Shown here piece after piece: positions 41,320 to 46,186 of a stretch of DNA of 46,186 nt. Origin of the DNA: a virus; the IMG/VR virus record IMGVR_UViG_3300027909_000035; one strand, given 5' to 3'. Position numbers and translations under genes: made by a program. Under the pieces are notes generated by a model, which did no database searches, was not told where the DNA came from, and was given only the letters and a program-made list of their open reading frames with translations. Position 1 is the stretch's first letter; each line of letters starts with the position of its first letter.

Positions 41320-43617
41320 TTGCCTAGGTCCGGAGGATTCCTCTACAGCTCTTCAGTTTTTTCGAAAGGATGTGCTCTCACCGTGGGCGGCCAGAATAGC
41401 ACGAGCAGCCAACACGACCAAATCTCGCCTTGGCACTTAGCCGCTGAGGATTACCTTTCTGCTGGATACATGCCGTTTCCCCTGCCCCTTGGGCGGAAGT
41501 CACCTCCACCTAAGAACGTGACCGGAGGTATCGAACACAATTTCGAACAGCATACACAGTTGGTTGCCGGATGGTTACAGGATGATGAACCGAGAAACAT
41601 CGGGATCGTGATTCCTTCCAACATGGTCGTACTCGATGTGGATGGGGCTGAGGCAGAGAAACGGCTTACCGACTACCTTGGTGACATCCCGACCACATGG
41701 GCAAGCTCAAGCGGACGCGAGAACCGGTATCACCTCTGGTACCAAACACCGAACGATCGAACATGGCCAGGGAAAATTGTTGCTGGCGTCGATGTACTGC
41801 AACACCATCATCGTTACCTGGTGGTACCGCCTAGCGTGCACCCTTCCGGCAAGCTGTATCGATTTCTGAGCCCACGTAAAAGCGTGGCCTGGCACATCCC
41901 CACCCTTGAGGAATTAAACATCGTCAGCAACCGTCTCCTACGGGAAACCAGACGGGGCAAATTCGTTCCATACGAGCGCGCTCAACTGGATACCCGGTTA
42001 TGGCTGACTGAACACGGTAAGGGGAAGCTGTGCCCTGAGCTAAGGCGGGTAGTGTCCCAACACCAACGGCTTTTGAGGAAACATGCTGCACTGGGCGGAA
42101 TGCATGACGCCATGACAAACGGTGTGTGGGCAATCCTGGCTGAAATTTCCCATGGCCACCTTGGCGGGTACCAAGCTCTCAAGCGCTTCAAGGAAACCTT
42201 CCTAGAGCAGGCTGCCGAAACCGGCCGTAGGTCCGGCTACGAATCAAAGGCTGAGTGGGGTAGGGCATGCGTTGGTGCCATTGAAAAAACCGCAATCGAG
42301 CGGGTACGGATCGGTGACCCTTGCCTGATCGAGGAAGAGGAAAGAGATAAAGACCCTGACCGATTCTTTGACGGCAAGCACGGCATCAAAGCTATTTCGC
42401 TGCAAAGGGCAGTGGAGCGCACAGGCAGGCTAGAGCCTGGTCCGGGCAAAGCTATTTACCGGCACTATGACGGTGTGTGGTCACCGGACGGTGAGTCTGA
42501 GATTTACCGTAGGGTTCAAAAACTTTTGAAGGAACGTGCTCGACCTAACCACGCGACCATGGTGAAAACCTTTGTAGAGCATAGGGAACCGTTCATCACC
42601 GATGAGCGAGAGGACACCCGTTACCTCAACCTACCCAATGGTCTATTGGACTGGCGCACAGGGAGACTTGAGCCACACAACGCCAATATCGTTACCACCA
42701 TTAGGATTCCGGTTGCTTGGGATGAGGACGCTGAGTGCCCCTTGATCCTAGATTGGCTGAGGGATGTATTCGCTTATGACGCAACAGAATTTGCTCTCGA
42801 AGTATTGGGATACATGTTATACAACGCTAATCCCTTGCACAAAGCCATATTGCTTTACGGCACTGGACGAAATGGAAAATCGACCTTCCTCAAACTCGCT
42901 ACAATGCTTGCCGGACATAACAATGTGTCTGCCGTTACACCCCAAGCAATCGATGATAATAGATTCGCTGCTGCCCAGATACACGGAAAGCTTGCAAATC
43001 TGGCCGGGGACGTCGATCCTCGTATCTTCAAGTCAACGGAACGCTTTAAACAACTTACTGGGGGAGATTGGATGATGGTCGAGCATAAAAACCGTGACCC
43101 GTTTACGTTTGTGTGCCGTGCCCTCATGATTGCTTCCTTCAATGCCTTGCCTCGCACGGCGGACACCACAGACGCTTTCTTCTCACGCTGGCTGGTGCTG
43201 CCCTTCCCCAAGACGTTCACAAATCCCGACATCCACCTTATTCACAGATTGGCACCCGAGATACCAGGGTTGCTGAGAATGGCGGTAGAGCGGCTGAAGA
43301 ACGTCATTGAGCGCGGTCATTTCGTCTTGCCGGTAACCGTGAAGGAAGCCACGGATAGGTTCCGTGCCGAGGCTGACCCGTTGCGAGCGTTCATAGCCGA
43401 AAGAATAGAGTGGACTGGCTTACCCGAATTCATTTCTAGGAATGACGTCTACGCCGAATATGCAATGTGGGCAGCGCAGAATGGGTTCTCTGCAATGTCG
43501 TCCATGCGCTTTTATGAGGCTGTTGGCCACACTTTGGTCCCCGCTCTTGAGCGTCCCGTACCCGCCTCGCTCCGGCACGGGTATCAGGGTTGGCGCGGCA
43601 TAAGAATTAGAAAATGA
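41320..43617 (+). CDS. Bifunctional primase-polymerase (Prim-Pol) / D5-P4-type SF3 helicase
   Basis: N-terminal Prim-Pol motifs (VVLDVDG, YHLWYQ, LVVPPSVHPSGKLYRF) and C-terminal Walker A GTGRNGKST. The start is uncertain (41320 is TTG; an in-frame GTG lies at 41383). The last 82 nt lie inside TIR-R. Confidence 0.85.
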   Translation: MPRSGGFLYSSSVFSKGCALTVGGQNSTSSQHDQISPWHLAAEDYLSAGYMPFPLPLGRKSPPPKNVTGGIEHNFEQHTQLVAGWLQDDEPRNIGIVIPSNMVVLDVDGAEAEKRLTDYLGDIPTTWASSSGRENRYHLWYQTPNDRTWPGKIVAGVDVLQHHHRYLVVPPSVHPSGKLYRFLSPRKSVAWHIPTLEELNIVSNRLLRETRRGKFVPYERAQLDTRLWLTEHGKGKLCPELRRVVSQHQRLLRKHAALGGMHDAMTNGVWAILAEISHGHLGGYQALKRFKETFLEQAAETGRRSGYESKAEWGRACVGAIEKTAIERVRIGDPCLIEEEERDKDPDRFFDGKHGIKAISLQRAVERTGRLEPGPGKAIYRHYDGVWSPDGESEIYRRVQKLLKERARPNHATMVKTFVEHREPFITDEREDTRYLNLPNGLLDWRTGRLEPHNANIVTTIRIPVAWDEDAECPLILDWLRDVFAYDATEFALEVLGYMLYNANPLHKAILLYGTGRNGKSTFLKLATMLAGHNNVSAVTPQAIDDNRFAAAQIHGKLANLAGDVDPRIFKSTERFKQLTGGDWMMVEHKNRDPFTFVCRALMIASFNALPRTADTTDAFFSRWLVLPFPKTFTNPDIHLIHRLAPEIPGLLRMAVERLKNVIERGHFVLPVTVKEATDRFRAEADPLRAFIAERIEWTGLPEFISRNDVYAEYAMWAAQNGFSAMSSMRFYEAVGHTLVPALERPVPASLRHGYQGWRGIRIRK

Positions 43618-43695
43618 CGGGGGTAATTTGACGGTTATGAATTTGAGGGTGTTCATTTCGAGCACCCTCATTTTTAATACCCTATTTTATTGATG

Positions 43696-43829
43696 ACCAT
43701 CTATCGGGGTGAGAGAGGGTGCGCCAGGTGAGGCAAACCAAACTGCTAGATACGAGGTAAACAAACACAATTGATACTCATCTATGCGTTGGTTCCCTAG
43801 CAATATGGAAGTGCTCACCTGGCACACCC
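43696..43829. repeat. Long imperfect inverted repeat / 134-nt hairpin
   Basis: GGGGTGAGAGAGGGTGCGCCAGGTGAG (43696..43722) against CTCACCTGGCACACCCATCTCACCCC (43804..43829): 24 pairs, 2 mismatches and 1 unpaired base. Further pairing is possible inside the 81-nt spacer (AACCAA/TTGGTT). Confidence 0.6.
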
Positions 43830-44085
43830 ATCTCACCCCAAGATCAACTCTGCGAAATGTATTCGGCTAGATTAATATATATTGTGATATATATCTCAAT
43901 TTATTTCGTTGGGAGCAACAATTAATTCTCTTTACTATTAGTGCAAGATCACGCGCGCAATAATAAATAAACTTAAATGAAAAAGTCCAGTGATGATCTT
44001 CGATGTTTCGCTCCTCCCCCACAGAGGCGAACTATTAAAATCTGGGTCCACATTGGACACCCAGAAATACTAGGTCAATCATCCA

Positions 44086-44115
44086 TTGACAGGAATAAGC
44101 TACGTCACCTAGTCT
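44086..44115 (+). promoter_or_regulatory. Candidate promoter of the outward TIR operon
   Basis: TTGACA (44086..44091) - 18 nt - TAGTCT (44110..44115). Bracketed by TACTAGGT at 44068..44075 and 44118..44125. Confidence 0.35.
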
Positions 44116-44155
44116 GGTACTAGGTTGTAATAGGTTTCCAGAGGAAGAGGTCAAC

Positions 44156-44350
44156 ATGAAAGTCTGGGCATTGTTCGTCAAGTTCAAAGGTGGAGCTGCT
44201 GAGTTCCTGCCGGACGGTTGGGTGTTTCAGGGGATGGTCACGGACGCTCAGACCCTCAACAGGACCGTTGACGCCATACGGCAGGAAATATCCATCACGC
44301 GAGGCATGGATAACCGTACCGTTGCTTACAAGGTGGTCGAGCTGTCGTGA
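44156..44350 (+). CDS. Hypothetical small protein (64 aa)
   Basis: ORF track. GAGGAAGAGG RBS. Confidence 0.6.
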   Translation: MKVWALFVKFKGGAAEFLPDGWVFQGMVTDAQTLNRTVDAIRQEISITRGMDNRTVAYKVVELS

Positions 44351-44499
44351 GGGTCCCGCCTGCCACGCTCAACATCTTTTGGTGCAACCACTGCGGTCGC
44401 ACTGAGGTCTACAACCCCTACCGGCACTACTACCAGGGGAAATGGTGCCCTGGAAAGGTGCTCACGCTCAGCTATGCCAAACAGGAGGAAGAGAAATGA
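44347..44499 (+). CDS. Zinc-ribbon-like mini-protein (50 aa)
   Basis: GTG start overlapping the preceding TGA. Contains WCNHCGRTEVYNP...KWCPG. Its stop overlaps the next ATG. Confidence 0.35.
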   Translation: MRVPPATLNIFWCNHCGRTEVYNPYRHYYQGKWCPGKVLTLSYAKQEEEK

Positions 44500-44732
44500 G
44501 TTTCCGATGCAATCTCACGCTGCGCCTGCTGGCCTACGCCTTTGCCCTGGTGCTACTCATGCTGTTGGCCGGTTGTCCCATCCCACGGGATGCGCACCCC
44601 GAGCGCTCCCCTCAGCACACCACATGCCGCTACTCGGAAGACCCTAACCTGAACACCTGCCCCATACCCTCACCAGGGCTTCAGACCGGCAGGCAACCCG
44701 CTCCTACGGCAACGCCAGAGGGCAGGAAATGA
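44496..44732 (+). CDS. Putative lipoprotein (78 aa)
   Basis: AGGAGG RBS. Signal peptide with lipobox: MSFRCNLTLRLLAYAFALVLLMLLAGC. Lies in track ORF 44442..44732. Confidence 0.6.
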   Translation: MSFRCNLTLRLLAYAFALVLLMLLAGCPIPRDAHPERSPQHTTCRYSEDPNLNTCPIPSPGLQTGRQPAPTATPEGRK

Positions 44733-44733
44733 T

Positions 44734-44892
44734 ATGACTCAGACAGAGGCCAGAAAGCTTGCCGCACAACGGAAAGCTCTAGGTTCACCGGCAGTTGCCG
44801 GAGCCTACCCACTCGACTCATGGGGAGGGAAAGAGGAATGCTGGGCTGTCTACATGCTGACCTCCAGTGCCCTCAAGCTGTGGAGAAAATGA
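44734..44892 (+). CDS. Hypothetical small protein (52 aa)
   Basis: Hand-translated MTQTEARKLAAQRKALG... Starts 1 nt after the preceding stop; its stop overlaps the next ATG. Confidence 0.4.
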   Translation: MTQTEARKLAAQRKALGSPAVAGAYPLDSWGGKEECWAVYMLTSSALKLWRK

Positions 44893-45128
44893 TGTGGATG
44901 TACAAGGCCGGTTACCAGTCACCGAATCGGGAAACCATTTCCCACTACATGGAGATTACCGCTGACCACACTGGGCCTTGGCACACATCCATCTGTAGTC
45001 ATCTATCGGCAGAGAGGGCAGATCTGTTGCCACACAATGGAAACGCTGCCGTTAAGTGCAGGCTCTGCTCAGACATCCTGCAAGGTCGAGAGAAGATCGA
45101 GGGACTGAGGAAACGATGGTCGAAATGA
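44889..45128 (+). CDS. Hypothetical Cys/His-containing protein (79 aa)
   Basis: ATGA overlap start within track ORF 44820..45128. Contains ...SICSH...KCRLCSD... Confidence 0.5.
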   Translation: MMWMYKAGYQSPNRETISHYMEITADHTGPWHTSICSHLSAERADLLPHNGNAAVKCRLCSDILQGREKIEGLRKRWSK

Positions 45129-45361
45129 ATGGGGTTCGGTTGGGCACCTGGCGACGACTGCTCACAGCCTGCTTTAAACCAGCACCAGGCACCGCCAACG
45201 TTGCTCACAAGGTCCGAGCCATCCTCAATGACGGGCTAGCCTGGCTGGCTGAGTGTGGAAGGGAATTCATTACCAACGACACCACGCCGGACGACGTCGC
45301 ACCGCGTTGCCCTGGCTGTTACAAGGCGATTAAGGACGGTGGGAAGCATGCCACAAAGTAA
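45116..45361 (+). CDS. Small protein, GTWRR...RCPGC (paralog A, 81 aa)
   Basis: Start within track ORF 45056..45361. Shares GTWRR, (E/Q)EF.T, TP(D/E) and RCxxC with the next gene. Confidence 0.55.
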   Translation: MVEMNGVRLGTWRRLLTACFKPAPGTANVAHKVRAILNDGLAWLAECGREFITNDTTPDDVAPRCPGCYKAIKDGGKHATK

Positions 45362-45593
45362 GCCGATGGAACAGGGCACCTGGCGCAGAGGGGCAATTAA
45401 TCCCCCCGACGCTCCTATAATCACTCACCTGGTGGTGGATGGGTATGGGTTCGGGGATGCTTTTTATCAGACAGCGTGTGATGCGGTGCAGGAATTCGCC
45501 ACTACCGTACGCGATGAGACACCCGAAAACCGTTGTGGCGCATGCAAAGTGCAGGAACCAATCTATAAGACTGTATGGGAGCAACCATGGTAA
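45348..45593 (+). CDS. Small protein, GTWRR...RCGAC (paralog B, 81 aa)
   Basis: Start within track ORF 45255..45593. Tandem paralog of 45116..45361. Confidence 0.55.
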   Translation: MPQSKPMEQGTWRRGAINPPDAPIITHLVVDGYGFGDAFYQTACDAVQEFATTVRDETPENRCGACKVQEPIYKTVWEQPW

Positions 45594-45811
45594 TCCCTGG
45601 TAGGCAAGGGGACTGGCGTATTCTGTCGAGGGGCACCGACCCCAAGGCAGGCGACCCCTGGATAGACCGAACAGCTTCTCTCGGCGAAAACCCTGACCTG
45701 CAAACGGTTTTGAGCACCCTATTTCGCTGGCAGGACTCAAACCAACACGTCCGCGTTGAATGGGTACCCTTGGGTGTGGAGCTGACCGGAGACGAGTACG
45801 CCACTGATTGA
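45587..45811 (+). CDS. Hypothetical small protein (74 aa)
   Basis: GGGAG RBS. ATG 45587 within track ORF 45575..45811. Last gene before the terminus. Confidence 0.5.
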   Translation: MVIPGRQGDWRILSRGTDPKAGDPWIDRTASLGENPDLQTVLSTLFRWQDSNQHVRVEWVPLGVELTGDEYATD

Positions 45812-45829
45812 CAGCAACCAATTAGATAG

Positions 45830-45861
45830 CCCTTCGGTTCCGGCCGGAGGGTTATTTATTT
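45830..45861 (+). terminator. Rho-independent terminator of the TIR operon
   Basis: CCCTTCGG/CCGGAGGG stem followed by TTATTTATTT. Confidence 0.55.
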
Positions 45862-46186
45862 GTGTGAGAATTATCACAATAATTAATTCGACTGTCCACT
45901 TTAGACCGCGACTACTCAGTGTGACATTACTCAGAGTAAATGGAATAATATTCTTTAGTTTATGCATAAAACTAACTCTGTTTACCAAAAAGTAAGGGTT
46001 CTTTACAATGCTTCCAGGCATTTGACCAGGGAAAATAGGCCGCGATGGATGCACGCCGAGTTAGTTTAGAGCAACAATTAATTGCCTTAACTAATACTCC
46101 ACGAATAAAAATGCAATAGTAAACAGACTTTACAATACGCAGAGTGACTGTCCGATTTGGACCAATCAGCTAAGAATCTTGAAAAT

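Larger units (their letters stand above)
43536..46186. repeat. Right terminal inverted repeat (TIR-R), 2,651 bp
   Basis: Reverse complement of 1..2651. The first mismatch is at 43535 (t) versus 2652 (t, where a would be expected). Confidence 0.95.

Noticed and set aside
1-46186. Prophage, plasmid or mobile-element hallmarks (integrase, transposase, partition genes, protelomerase, terminal protein, family B polymerase, methyltransferases, toxin-antitoxin pairs, reverse transcriptase)
   Set aside because: I read all ORF-track translations and recognised no characteristic motifs for any of these. Absence by eye is not proof, so profile-HMM searches are needed, especially for the many ORFs under 100 aa.

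Overview
The window reads as one complete linear dsDNA genome of a siphovirus-like tailed phage (46,186 bp). Its two ends form a perfect 2,651-bp terminal inverted repeat (1..2651 is the reverse complement of 43536..46186). Each TIR carries an outward-facing operon of eight small genes (Cys-rich mini-proteins and one lipoprotein), a long imperfect hairpin with an AT-rich tract, and about 325 bp of motif-rich non-coding terminus. Region 2710..4634 is a leftward operon of seven small genes, one with an HTH. Region 4635..5395 is an AT-rich divergent control region with repeated operator-like motifs. Region 5396..26581 is a rightward late block: DUF2637-like membrane protein, small and large terminase, portal, ClpP-type prohead protease, HK97-type capsid, connector proteins, two paralogous tail-tube-like proteins, chaperone, tape measure, tail tip/fibre, M23-like endolysin and two holin-like proteins. 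At 26761..26860 lies an aberrant 100-nt tRNA-like element. Region 26894..43617 is a rightward replication/recombination block: SNF2 helicase, an extreme poly-acidic/poly-lysine protein, a Cas4/RecB-like nuclease, an AAA_24-like ATPase with an SSB-like protein, a UDG-like protein, a family A DNA polymerase split into two genes by a 1.6-kb seven-ORF cassette, a RuvC-like resolvase and a Prim-Pol/SF3 primase-helicase. I see no integrase, classical repressor, CRISPR array, rRNA, transposase, family B polymerase, terminal protein or protelomerase. All product calls rest on motif recognition by eye, not on database searches. A Gram-positive or actinobacterial host is only an inference.
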